Shown: piece after piece, positions 27,043 to 39,016 of the stretch
Layout of the letters: each line of letters opens with the position of its first letter
Numbering within the stretch: position 1 is the stretch's first letter
From: Pseudogymnoascus verrucosus
Taxonomy: Eukaryota
Strand: one strand, 5' to 3'
Length of the DNA: 64,000 nucleotides
Assembly (NCBI GenBank): GCA_001662655.1
Contig: KV460279.1
Translations under genes and position numbers: made by a program
The notes under the pieces: model-generated
Seen by the model: only the letters and a program-made list of their open reading frames with translations
What the model was told of the DNA's origin: nothing
Databases searched by the model: none

Positions 27043-29222
27043 TTGGTTGCGTGTTGGTATGGGCTGTGGTTTGCTTCTGGATGGCTGGGAAGGTGGGTGC
27101 GCAGAGGCAGTCTGGATGGGCTTATCTATTCGTCTTTGTGTGGGCTGCATGGGGGGTTTAGATGTGATATGGAACTGTGGTACGGAGCTGTGTTTGGCTT
27201 TGAGGTGGCTACGTTTGAGATGGCTACGAAGGGGTTGAGGAAGCGAACACTGTTTGTCTGTGTGGTCATGCCTTCGGGATGACTACGAACCGGTTGAGGA
27301 AATGGACTGTGGTTGTCTTGTCTCGCCATGGCTTCAAGATGACTACAATTGCCTTGCGGAAGCGGGATATGGATTGCTTGTTCAGCCATGGCCTTCATCC
27401 TGGGTCTCATACAGATTTGCTGCCGGTTTAGCGAGGCGTTTTTGGAGATGGTCATCATCATCATCGGATTGCTGTCGGGTTTACGCTGGGTATATCAGAG
27501 GTTGGCGTTATATTGCTGTTAGGCTTGAAGGGCTTGGGAGGTTATAAAATGGGCAATATTGGGCGTTGACCCTGGTTGCTGTCGGGCTTGAAAGCTTGAA
27601 GGATTTACAGACCACAAATGGGGATGGACGTAGGCTTTATTCTTGAAACTATATATAATGAAGCTTGTTCGGGGCCCGAGTGTTCGCTGCTTCTTTCCTC
27701 TGTTTGTCTGGTGACTTTCGCTGTGGTTGAAATGGTTACTATACCTGCCTACATGTTAAGGCAGCTCAATTACGGTCATTTGGAATTGAGGTATGTAGTA
27801 TATGGAATTGCATTGAAATTAACAGAGATCTGGAATTCATTCATTCAAAAGTTTAACAACAGCACTCCAAAAGCCAAGAATCGCACAGCTACCTTGCATA
27901 CCCATCCCTAGAATATTGGCAACAGTGGATATACTTAACCCGTTACACTAACAACAGTTGTCCTCCTTGGCGGCTCGCGGGAACGGATCGTGAACTTGGC
28001 GGCAATTCACGAACTTGGCGTCAAGCAATCCACGCCCGCCCGCCATCAACTCTATTTAAACGCAAACGCAGCTAGCTTCCATTACCCTACACCAATGGAC
28101 AGAGTATCCATCCAGACTGCAGTGTCCGGACTCCAGTTTGGATACTGCAGTGCCTCCAGTCTACATATACCAACATTCCCACCCTCCCTCTCCTCGTCTA
28201 CCTCACTCCTTGTGCACAAATATGACATGGTTGCCCAGCCAGCACCTTACCTTGTCTAACACCGCATTCGTTCATCCCGCCTTGGGCCTGGTTCGGCCTT
28301 GCATCTTGTCTTACCCCGGTGCGTGCATTCGGGGTCCGGTCCGGGGCGGGACGAGGTAGGAAGGTGGTGTGGTGTTTAGATGGACGACGGGGCGGGTTTG
28401 GGGATTGCGACTTCGCCGGGCATTTGTCAGGTATTGCACTTCTCACTGCATAGCTATGGGATTATGTAGTAGCAAGTCAAGTGGCGAGAAGCGCATTCTT
28501 TGTCCCAATACTGTATTACCTTACTCGCCGCACCGAACCGTGGGGGCGTAGGGGGGAGGACAAGGCGCATCCCTGGCTGCTGGTGGTTGTTGATGTCTCA
28601 ACCCTCGTAGTGGCGCGGTGCTCCGAGACGGTAATCTCAGCGTGTTGCGCTTGGCGAGAAACGGCGTTGTAGATCGGGCCAGCACACGAGCACGAGCTTA
28701 AGGCACCCTGCATCGTCTGAGCTGCGGCTTTGGGAGTGTGAGGTACTGATCGAACTCGTATAAGGGCAGCTCTTTGGTGAGCACGAAGTTGCAGCGAGTG
28801 AGTTCTGCGCAATTCTTTACCTGGAAGGAGATGCTGACAGCCACAGAGGGCGTTTGATGAGAAAAGGGGTTGTTGATCGTGGCGATCGGGAGTCAGCTGT
28901 ACGAGGGCTGATCTGTACTATACCGCCAAGTCCGTTGTGGCGCTCGACTTGTCAACGGACGATGGGGAAAGGCAATCCATCGCCCCATACGAGTAAGCTT
29001 CGCGCCAAGTATTAGGGGAGGAGGGAGGATACTACGTAGCAAGAGGCAAGTGCGAATGGATATATCTCGTTTTTGCTGTATAGTAACACATAGAATATTG
29101 TAATAGGGCGACCAGCCAGTCGGCACCTCGGCTTGGTGGTTGGAGCGTGTGTTTGTATGGTTAGAACAGTAAAGATTTCCTAGTGCTTGCGCGATCAACG
29201 ACGGCGACAGAGGTGCCTGGAG

Positions 29223-29272
29223 CTATACTAAGACTATACTAGGACTATAACTAGGACTATAACTAGGACTAC
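29223..29272. repeat. 11-12-bp tandem repeat (CTATA(A)CTAGGA), ~4 copies
   Basis: ctatactaagactatactaggactataactaggactataactaggactact seen directly. Confidence 0.8.
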
Positions 29273-30280
29273 TGCCGGAAGTGGCAGTTGCGAGGCGACG
29301 ACCCGTGCCTTTAATGCCCTTTAATGCGAGGTGATGGCCCCCGGTGGCGCGCGATGGCGGGGCTACTGCACGGGACCAAGCTTTAACAAGGAATGTCCGT
29401 TTACTAGGCAGGCGCTGGGCGTATACTGGGCATTTATCGACCTGTTATCCCTATTTTCCCTATTATCCACAGCCAAGCACATGCCTCCTTCGTCTGGTCT
29501 ATTATGCGGAGTTACTCGCGAAGATGGAAGCTGGAAGCTGGTTCCTTGTTGGATTATCGTAGGTTTGGTTGGCATTAATAACAGGCAGTTTTACTCGGCA
29601 TTAATAACAGGCGGATTTCACGCGTAGTTGCTCGTGTATAGCCTCATTTAGGCCATGTTGATCCTCATCGCCATTACCACCCCCCGCAACGACCTGTCCA
29701 ACGGAGATCAGCATTCCCAGTACAATAAAGTACCTACTTTCACACTGGCACGCACCGGTGATCTCCTACATTCCGCTCCTGCCCTCCTCGTACTACTCAT
29801 GTACTCCCTCTGCTGGTATCTATCTCCATGTGGGGATTGGGATTGGCAAGGCAAGTGGGACCCTGAGGGGTGCTACTGTACATCGGCTGCACCACTCACC
29901 TTTCACCTTACACCAACCTGTGTTTACCTTACCTTCCGCTATCACCGACCATGTCTAACCTCCTGCTCTTTTCGGAATTACCAGATGCCCTACCTAGACA
30001 CAGACACGAAGCGAAGAGACCCGGGGGGGTTTGACTGACATTGATCCAGATGCATAAGGTTACTGAGGTAAGTCAAAAGATCGTCCGGGCTGTATATAAG
30101 GTGGAACACTTTCTTCTTCCCCTCCATTTCTGTTTCGTTTCGTTTCTTCTCTGCGTTCTCATCTGCTTCCTTCATTGTTAGAATATCCTCTAGCATTTGT
30201 AAGTCCTGAGACATTCCACCCGTCAATCCGGTCAATTACACAGAACACGTCACTAACAATCGCGCAGAGAAGTTGCCATC

Positions 30281-32236
30281 ATGCGCGCTGGAGGAATCGT
30301 CGTCGGGCTGCTGTCTCTTGTAGGCAGCGCCCTTGCTAAGCCGGCAGTTGAGGTTTTTGAGTCTGTGAACGAGCTTCCCGAGGGATGGACTCAAGTTCGC
30401 ACCCCAGCTCCCGAGACAATTGTCAGTCTGCGCGTTGCATTGGAGCACCCGAACCAAGAACTCTTCGAGCAGACCCTCTTGGACGTGTCGACCCCAGACC
30501 ACCCCAAGTACGGCCAGCATCTCACGGGAGCCGAGCTGAAGTACATGCTGAAGCCCCGCGACGACTCCACCGAGTCGGTCATGACATGGCTGGCGAGCTC
30601 GAACGTGCCAGCGAGCGAGATCAAGAACGATGGGGAGTGGATCAACTTCCGCGCCACTGTTGCGCAGGCTGAGGAGCTCCTGTCAACCAAGTTCTACGTC
30701 TACAAGCACAATGAGGACAACAAGGAGATGATCCGCACGCTTGAATACTCTCTCCCAAGCTCCGTCGCGCCGCATGTCCTCACCATCCAGCCAACCACCC
30801 GCTTCTCCAGGATGATGGCCCAGCGCAGCACAATCCACGACATCAGCGCCATGAACGCCGTCTTCGGCGTCGCAGCAACCAACCACAAGCCCGCCCCCGC
30901 CATCCCATCCACCGAACTAGACGTCAAGGCTTGCAACGCCTCCATCACCCCCGCCTGCCTCAGGGCCCTCTACAACGTCGGAGACTACCAAGCCGATCCC
31001 AAGGGCAAGTCCCTCTTCGGCGTCGCGGGTTACCTCCAGCAATACGCCAAGATCAATGACCTGAATAACTTCATCGCCAAGTACGCCCCCTACGCCAAGG
31101 GCACAACATTCAACTCCGTCGGCGTCAACGGGCCCAACAACCCGCAAAACACCACCGAGGACGACGTCGAGGCAAACCTGGACATCCAGTACGCGGTAGC
31201 CATGTCCTACAACATCCCCGTAACCTACTACAGCACCTCCGGCCTCGGCGAGCTGGTCCCAGACCTCGACCAACCCGACAAAGCCACCGGACAGAACGAG
31301 CCCTACCTCGATTTCATCACCTACCTCCTCTCGCTCCCCAAAGACAAGCTGCCGCAGACAATCACCACATCCTATGGCGAGAACGAGCAATCCGTCCCCC
31401 CCAAGTACGCTAAGAAAGTGTGCAGTATGTTCGGCGAGCTCGGTCTGCGCGGCGTCTCTGTCCTTTTCTCCTCGGGTGACACCGGTGTCGGATCAGCGTG
31501 CCAGACGAACGACGGGAAGAACACCACGCGTTTCTTGCCCATCTTCCCCGCTGCGTGTCCGTGGGTTACGTCCGTCGGAGGCACGTACCAGGTCCAGCCC
31601 GAGCGCGCTGTGTCGTTCTCCTCGGGGGGATTCAGTGATCTCTTCCCGCGGCCTAAGTACCAGGATAAAGCTGTGAAGGGGTTCCTGCGTATCTTGGGTG
31701 ATAGGTGGAAGGGCCTCTACAACCCCGCCGGGCGTGGATTCCCGGATGTTGCTGCGCAGGGATATAGGTTCCACGTCATTGATGAGCTTGCCAACAAGAC
31801 TAACCCTGACATTCTAGTCGGTGGCACCAGGTATGTCCTCCTCTCCCCTCCCCGCCCCCCGCTGTTTTCCCTTACAGTAGAACACCCAACTAACACCCCC
31901 CACAGCGCCTCCGCACCCGCCTTCGCCGCCATCGTAGCCCTCCTCAACAATGCTCGCACATCCCGCCACCTCCCCCCCCTCGGCTTCCTGAACCCATGGA
32001 TCTACTCCATCGGCCACTACGGTCTCAACGACGTCACGCACGGCGGATCGACGGGGTGCACGGGGAAGGACATCTACTCCAAGCTTCCGACGCCTGTGGT
32101 GCCGTTTGCGAGCTGGAATGCGACGGAGGGGTGGGACCCGGTTACGGGGCATGGGACGCCGGATTTTAAGAAGTTGTTGGAGTTGAGTACGCCGGGTGGG
32201 GGGTGGTGGGGTATTGGTAGGGAGAAGGAGGATTAG
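30281..32236 (+). CDS. Secreted sedolisin / tripeptidyl-peptidase (S53) with prodomain
   Basis: Signal peptide, pro-kumamolisin-type region (VSTPDHPKYGQHLT), EANLDIQY, SSGDTG, GRGFPDVAA, GGT-S-ASAP (after removing intron 31831-31905), GWDPVTGHGTP Ca-binding motif. Confidence 0.93.
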   Translation: MRAGGIVVGLLSLVGSALAKPAVEVFESVNELPEGWTQVRTPAPETIVSLRVALEHPNQELFEQTLLDVSTPDHPKYGQHLTGAELKYMLKPRDDSTESVMTWLASSNVPASEIKNDGEWINFRATVAQAEELLSTKFYVYKHNEDNKEMIRTLEYSLPSSVAPHVLTIQPTTRFSRMMAQRSTIHDISAMNAVFGVAATNHKPAPAIPSTELDVKACNASITPACLRALYNVGDYQADPKGKSLFGVAGYLQQYAKINDLNNFIAKYAPYAKGTTFNSVGVNGPNNPQNTTEDDVEANLDIQYAVAMSYNIPVTYYSTSGLGELVPDLDQPDKATGQNEPYLDFITYLLSLPKDKLPQTITTSYGENEQSVPPKYAKKVCSMFGELGLRGVSVLFSSGDTGVGSACQTNDGKNTTRFLPIFPAACPWVTSVGGTYQVQPERAVSFSSGGFSDLFPRPKYQDKAVKGFLRILGDRWKGLYNPAGRGFPDVAAQGYRFHVIDELANKTNPDILVGGTRYVLLSPPRPPLFSLTVEHPTNTPHSASAPAFAAIVALLNNARTSRHLPPLGFLNPWIYSIGHYGLNDVTHGGSTGCTGKDIYSKLPTPVVPFASWNATEGWDPVTGHGTPDFKKLLELSTPGGGWWGIGREKED

Positions 32237-32808
32237 GGGTAAGTGGTATTTAGGTAGAGTTATAACTTTTTTTTGGGGGGGGAGGGATAATTTATATGTA
32301 TATTTTACCTTCGCAACTGGGTTTCATGATTGGGTGGGTGAATTGTGATGACGATAATCGTGTGGCCCAAGTGTTGGAGGTTGGACTGCTTGAAGGTGAG
32401 GATTGATATTGAGGTTTAGGCTGTCAGAAAGTATTATTTTGTGTATGCTTTTGGGCAATTACCTTGATCATCTACATCTACAGCCCTGGGTTATTGAGAG
32501 CATTTGTTTTACTTGCAGTTACCGTAGTCAGTGTCATGATGCACATTCCGTCTCTGGACTTTCGGGCAGTACGGATGGGTTCGGACGCATATCCATAAAC
32601 ATTTTTGAGGATACCGACTCTAGAGGCTTTGGCAACCGTGTTATATCCTACCATGTTAAACATAATAGGCTCGCAGTGTATGAGCATAGCCTCTGGTCAC
32701 CAGTTTCGTCAAAAAAACACAGTCTTCACAGTCAATTCACAGTATATTCAATATTCCCATAAAAAAAAAACGAGGTCTCGGGTATCCATCCATATCAATT
32801 CATTCAAC

Positions 32809-34389
32809 CTAATCAAAAGCAACCTTCGTCCCCTTACTCTCCACAATCCCCCCCGTCAACCTCGGCGCATACTCCGTCCTATACTCGATATTCTGCGCCT
32901 TCTTACTCGGCACAATAACCCCACTAACAACCTTCTCCTTCTTCTCCTTCTTCTCCTTCTTCTCTGTCTCCCCATCCGCATTCACCGGATTCTTGGTGCC
33001 TCCCGCGCCATATCGCTTCTTATACCGCACCTGTGCGTCTTCGGCGAACTCGATGCGCACCGGGCGGCGCTGGATCATGTTGACATATACGCGCTTCATG
33101 GGGACCTTGCGCTCCTTCTTCTTTGGCTTGGTGGCGGCGAGAGCGTAGTCTTCTGGGTCTTCGTCGAGGTCGCTCTCTTCCTCATCGGAGGTGTCCACGT
33201 CGGAGTTTTCCTCTTCCTCTAGGACGAATCCACGTACTGCCCGAGCTGAGGCCTCGAGATCAGCAAAGGTGATCCACGCGTACCCCTTGCATTTCCCGGA
33301 ATCCTCAAACGTGGCAACCATACACGTCTCAATGGGACCACAGCGCTCGAAATGCTCTTTCAAACTCTCCTCTGTGGTATCAAAGCGCAGGTTTCCTAGG
33401 AAGATACGCTTACTCGGCGCCTTGGTTTCTTTCTTCGCTGCGGCGTCTTTAGCTACTAAAGGACGCCCCTCGAAGGACTTGTTGTTCTTAATCAGCACCC
33501 TCCTTCCTCCTAGCAGCTCCTCGGATAGCGCTACGGCGGCGAGAGTGTGCTCTGCTGTTGAGAAATCAACGTATGCGAAACCCTTGTTGTGCTGTGTGCG
33601 GGTGAACCGGGACTCGACTTGGTTGGCTGACCTCTTGTCATCAGGCGACGGCATGTGGATGCGCGTGATGGCTTCTTCAGGCATGGGACCTTGGTTGATG
33701 AGGAAGGACTTTAGGTCCTCCTTGCTAACGCTCCAGGGTAAATTACCCACCCAGATTCCGTGCTCGGAGCGCTTCTCCTGCTCGGGTTTCTGCGGGGCAG
33801 AGGCGTCTTCGGCTCCAGATCCATCAGCGCCTTCTTCGCCGTCGGCTTTGGGTGCGGGGGCGGGTTTGACGTCGGAGACGGTTTTGGCTTTGGAGAGGGA
33901 TTTGCCCTTCTTGAGGCGACGGAGGTCTTTTTTGGACGGGGGTTGGGGCTTGGTTACGTCGACTTCGAGTTCTTCGCCGTCGACTGCTGACTTGCGCTTC
34001 TTTGCGGGAGGCTCGGTTTCGTCGTTGCCGTTGGTGTCGACTTCCATTGCCTCTGGCTGTGGGCTTGCGCTCTTGGTTGGAGCAGCATCGTCTTCAGTTG
34101 AGCGGGTGCGTTTGGACTTTTTGGGAGTGGACTCGGCGATTGGTCCTTCTTCTTCGCCGGTGGTGGTGGTGGACTTGCGCTTCTTGCTGGACTTTTCGGA
34201 TTTGTCTTTCTTTTCCTTCTTTTCCTTCTTATCTTTCTTCTCCTTCTTTGGCTTCACCTCTTCGGGTGCATCTTCTAGTACAACATCTTCGCTGGTTTCG
34301 ACGGCGGCAGGAACATCGGTTTTGTCGGCCGACTTGCTTTTCTTGGCCGACTTGTCCTTCTTAATCTTGACTTCCTTAGTAGACGACAT
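32809..34389 (-). CDS. NOP13: Nucleolar two-RRM RNA-binding protein (Nop13/Rnp24-like)
   Basis: K/E-rich N-terminus, IWVGNLPW...NKGFAYVDF, IFLGNLRF...CKGYAWITF, C-terminal GIVESKGTKVAFD. Confidence 0.8.
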   Translation of the reverse strand: MSSTKEVKIKKDKSAKKSKSADKTDVPAAVETSEDVVLEDAPEEVKPKKEKKDKKEKKEKKDKSEKSSKKRKSTTTTGEEEGPIAESTPKKSKRTRSTEDDAAPTKSASPQPEAMEVDTNGNDETEPPAKKRKSAVDGEELEVDVTKPQPPSKKDLRRLKKGKSLSKAKTVSDVKPAPAPKADGEEGADGSGAEDASAPQKPEQEKRSEHGIWVGNLPWSVSKEDLKSFLINQGPMPEEAITRIHMPSPDDKRSANQVESRFTRTQHNKGFAYVDFSTAEHTLAAVALSEELLGGRRVLIKNNKSFEGRPLVAKDAAAKKETKAPSKRIFLGNLRFDTTEESLKEHFERCGPIETCMVATFEDSGKCKGYAWITFADLEASARAVRGFVLEEEENSDVDTSDEEESDLDEDPEDYALAATKPKKKERKVPMKRVYVNMIQRRPVRIEFAEDAQVRYKKRYGAGGTKNPVNADGETEKKEKKEKKEKVVSGVIVPSKKAQNIEYRTEYAPRLTGGIVESKGTKVAFD

Positions 34390-34748
34390 ATTGGTTGATT
34401 GACGTCTTGTGAAATACAAGAAAATGCTTGAGTGTGCAGCAAGTTTGGTGGTTTTCACAAAGTAACAAAATAAATTCACTTTTTGCATGCTAACGTCCCT
34501 CCCGACCGCCGTAATCGCAAAAAATCCCGCCCTTGCTCAGCCTTATCCGCATCAACTATTCGCCGACCTCCTGCCTTAGGTGTGGATTCTTTCCCAAAAG
34601 CGACTTGGAAAGCGTGGTGGTCGGGACTTTGAGGCGCGACAAGCTCGCGCCAACACTTTCAATTCACTCAAACGGATCGAGCTGACGACTCTTCAACACA
34701 CTTTCAACTACGCGGATCGGAACCTTTGGGTTCAACTATATATCAGCG

Positions 34749-36115
34749 ATGGCGGAAAGCGAGTTGCCGCCTCTTAAGAAGATGGATGAGGGCAATGCGA
34801 ATGAGCATGATGCGTCAAAGGAGACATACAAATCATACAAGTACGCTCTACCATTCTCGATGTCGCAATGGCAGGAGCAGTTCTCGGGGCGATTCACTGC
34901 CCATATAGATCCTGTTTTCAAGATCATGTTCATTCTTGTGCTCACTTTGGGATAATTGGCTGACGAAAGACATCATAGGAAGAAGTATCGCAAGATGCGC
35001 CATCAGTTCGACCTGAAGATGAACCTGAGCAGGTCGCTCTACAAGCAAGAACAAGAAGCTGCTGAGACCTCAAGACGCCTGGCTTTAGAAAATGAGTACG
35101 TCCGACCTTATATACTCACCCAATTCCATATACACGCATCATACTGACTCCATCCAGTGGCCTCCTCGAGCTCCTCCTCGACATGAACAACTCCCCGAAC
35201 CTCCCCTCCGGCCAACGCATCGATCTGAGCGCCACAGCACCGAACGTCTCCCTGGCACCACTTCCACTACTCTTCCCGCCGACTCCAGCTGCATCCCCAG
35301 ACCAAAAGGGCATGACTCGTGGCCAAGAATCTTACAACAAGCTTCACGCGTACATGCATTCTTCCATGACAGACAAGCGATCCGCTGCTCCTCGACCACA
35401 AAAATCCCTCGCCTCAATGATGGCAAACGTCCCCCATCGCCCCTTCGAAGTGACCACCGTGCCACCATCCGTCTACAACGTCCCGGGCGTACTACCCGAC
35501 ATCGCCAAGGACCTCGAAATCGGATCCGACAAGCCAGAGCCAGTTGCATATCTATCCGCCGATCGCATCGACGAGCACTGCGCGCTCACCGACGCGAACC
35601 TGGACCTCCCCTCCGAACCGACGCTGTACACCAGCAACCCAAATTTCGTGCCCGCGCCCTTACATCTAAGCGACAAGGATTTGGAATTCAAGAACCCAGT
35701 CTCAGTGTACAACTGGCTCCGCGAACACGAGCCCAAGATCTTCCTCCAAGACGACGAGCCCGCCGACTTAGCCGAAAAGGCAGTCTCGCGCCCCGGTGCG
35801 TTGAGGGGAGCCGGGAAGCGCGCAGCGATCGCGGCGCCGACTAGACCTGATGTCGTGGAGTTCGTGGAGGAGGATGGGCTGAAGTATTTTGCGAGCATAA
35901 GCGATCAGTATGTGAAGGATAAGACGGGGTCGGGGGGGAAGAGGAAGCGTGGGGCGACGGATGAGGATGGGGGGTATAGGCCGAAGGGAGGGGCGAGCAG
36001 GGCGGCGAAGAAGAAGAGGGGAGAGGGGAGGGCGAGCACGGGGAGTAGGAGGGAGAAGACTGAGAGGGATGAGGATGTGGATATGGCGGATGAGGTGTTG
36101 GCGGTGGAGAAGTAG
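34749..36115 (+). CDS. IEC3: INO80 complex subunit Iec3
   Basis: Introns 34841-34978 and ~35096-35157 give YKSYKKKYRKMRHQF...LLELLLDMNNS, followed by NPVSVYNWLREHEPKIFLQD and a basic NLS-like tail. Confidence 0.85.
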
Positions 36116-36319
36116 GGACTGTCGGGGTTGTGAGTGGCTGGTATGCCGTGTATTTGTTACTACTTGGGTTTATGGCGTCGCGAGGGAAGGGAAGGGGTGT
36201 GTCTAATAGCTTGGGGGGTTCTGGGATTTGCTGGTTTCTTCAGAAAGGAGTTCATGATGTGCCATAGTCTGGTGCCGTGGTAGCGGGGCCATGGGGTTAG
36301 TTGAGATGAATGATATCGG

Positions 36320-36740
36320 ATATTGAGCACCGAACAGAACAATGGCCAAGCGTACAAAATCTTACTACGGTGGTTCAACTTCGAATATTGAGCACCAAGC
36401 ATGTTTATTATACTAGTTCGAATTGAGATAATTGGGAACCAAGCATGTTTATAGTGACCAAGAGTGTAAAGATATTACTATAGTGATTCAACTTCGAATA
36501 TTGAGCTCCAAGCATGTTTATACTGTTTTTCTTCGGTATGGAGATCAAGATGCTATATTGTGATGTCATGGCAGCAAACAATGAAGCTAGATGAGACAAA
36601 TGATATTGAATTATTGAGCACGAAGCATGTTTTATACTGGCCGAGCCTACAAGATCTTGTTACACTGGTTCAGCTTCAAATATTGAGCACCAAGCCATGT
36701 TTTATACTGGCCAAGCGTACAAGATCTTGTTATACTGGAT
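36320..36740. repeat. Degenerate ~66-bp minisatellite, about 6 partial copies
   Basis: Recurring ATATTGAGCACCAAGCATGTTT(T)ATACTGGCCAAGCGTACAAGATCTT...TGGTTCAACTTCGA with cores near 36320, 36385, 36430, 36498, 36610 and 36680. Confidence 0.8.
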
Positions 36741-37533
36741 CATACTTGGCTCAACTGGGACAATAATTTCTCCGTCCGAAATGCGGCCCGAAGCCAAAGG
36801 CACGTGCTTGGCACACCAATATCCATGGTGTACAGCATAAATCGATGGATTCGTCGAATTATACATCTACATATTATATTATACACTCAAAAACCATAGA
36901 ATCCAGCTTGGCGCCCACCCGGATGAACGGGATAACAGGCTGAACAAGCTGCTGTATTGGGATTGCAACCTCCAACTGATCCCCAGCCTTCCATATATAC
37001 AATTGAAACGGACCGAAGGAAGGAGCCTAGGGTCTCAGCCGATTGACGACGACACTACAAAACCTCCACTTGTTCTCCACTCCATCATTATCTTCTCCAT
37101 CGATTCAACTGCCTTACCCCACTATTAGTTACGATATCGGCGACAGAAACAGCGAAAAGAGGCTGAGAGCTCACATACAAAATAACTTCCTGGTACGTGG
37201 TTTAGAGTCGGAAAGGCATCATCATCTTCTCTCGCTGCGTCGCTGCCTCGCTGCAATTCCGCATTACCCCACAAAGCACGCAACGGAGTACTAACTCCGC
37301 TTTCAGTCCAAGACCTCAACTGTCGTCTCTGCCTTCCCCCTTGGGTTTCATACCTGCCTAAGCCCTCTCTCACACCCTCTCGACCGCGCATTTCCCCGCG
37401 GGTAACCTAGCGCGGGACCCGAACTCCCGAGGCAATCCCACTTTGCGCTCGGCCAACCACCGACGGCGCGTAAGTGTTACTCCGAACACTGCATTAACGT
37501 CTCTGGAAATTCTTCCCCTCTCCTACCGCCATC

Positions 37534-39016
37534 ATGAGCCCCTCACGAACAGTTCTCTCGCGGTCCCTCTCCTCACTCGCTACTCGACCCGTTTCCCAAG
37601 CCTCCAGGGCGTCTATCCTCGCATACAACAAGAAATCCGCATTCGCGCGCTTCACTCAACTACAATACTCAACCATGACGGTGGGATTCCAGAAGATCAA
37701 GGTCAAGAACCCGGTGGTGGAGTTGGATGGTGATGAGATGACCCGGATCATCTGGCAGGATATCAAGGACAAGTTCATCCACCCATACCTCGATATCGAC
37801 CTCAAGTACTACGATCTGGGACTCGAGTACCGTGACGAGACCAACGACCAGGTTACCATCGATGCCGCCGAGGCTATCAAGAAGTACTCTGTCGGTGTCA
37901 AGTGTGCCACCATCACCCCAGATGAGGCTCGTGTGGAGGAGTTCAAGCTTAAGCAGAGTAGGCATCACAATCTACATGTGACATATAATTTACTAACTTA
38001 CCATAGTGTGGCTGTCGCCCAACGGCACCATCCGCAATGCTCTTGGAGGAACCGTTTTCCGTGAGCCCATCGTCATCCCAAGAATCCCACGTTTAGTTCC
38101 GGGATGGAAGAAGCCCATCATCATCGGCCGCCATGCCTTCGGTGACCAATACCGTGCTAAGGATACCGTGATCAAGGGCAAGGGTAAGCTCTCCATGGTC
38201 TTCACTCCCGAGGGAGGAAAGCCAGAGGAGATTGAGGTCTACAACTTCAACGGTGGTGGTGTCGCCCAGACCCAGTACAACACCGATGAGTCTATCGCCG
38301 GATTTGCACACGCTTCTTTCAAGCTTGCCCTCTCCAAGAGCCTTCCCCTGTACATGTCCACCAAGAACACCATCCTAAAGAAGTATGATGGCCGTTTCAA
38401 GGACATCTTCCAGGAGATCTATGATACCACCTATGCCAAGGAGTTCGAGGCCAAGAAGATCTGGTACGAGCACAGACTCATCGACGACATGGTCGCCCAG
38501 ATGATGAAGTCCAGCGGAGGATACATCATGGCCCTCAAGAGTTTGTCCACCCACTCCCGCACAAAGAGCCCACTTACTAATTTTTTTTCAGACTACGACG
38601 GAGATGTTCAGTCCGACATCGTGGCCCAGGGCTTCGGCTCTCTCGGCCTAATGACCTCCGTCCTCATCACCCCCGACGGAAAGAGCTTCGAGTCCGAGGC
38701 CGCCCACGGCACCGTCACCCGCCATTACCGCGAGCACCAGAAGGGTAACGAGACCTCCACTAACCCCATCGCCTCCATCTTCGCATGGACCCGTGGTCTC
38801 ATCCAGCGTGGAACCCTCGACAACACCCCCGAGGTTGTCAGCTTCGCTGAGGCCCTCGAGAAGGCCTGTATCGACACCGTCGATGTTGATGGCATCATGA
38901 CCAAGGATTTGGCGCTTGCGTGCGGACAGACCAGCCGTGAGAGCTACGTCACCACCAAGCAGTACATGGAGGCTGTTGAGAGGAGGATGCAGAAGGCGCT
39001 TAAGGCCTCCCTGTAA
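37534..39016 (+). CDS. IDP1: NADP-dependent isocitrate dehydrogenase with mitochondrial presequence
   Basis: [56 protein letters not shown]. Introns 37958-38006 and 38541-38591. Second in-frame ATG at 37675. Confidence 0.97.

Noticed and set aside
33191..34402. 403-aa plus-strand ORF
   Set aside because: Antisense to the K/E-rich NOP13-like gene; its S/F/L-rich composition simply mirrors it.
36320..36740. CRISPR-like repeat/spacer appearance
   Set aside because: Eukaryotic context, degenerate repeats, the intervening sequences are themselves repeated, and no cas genes.
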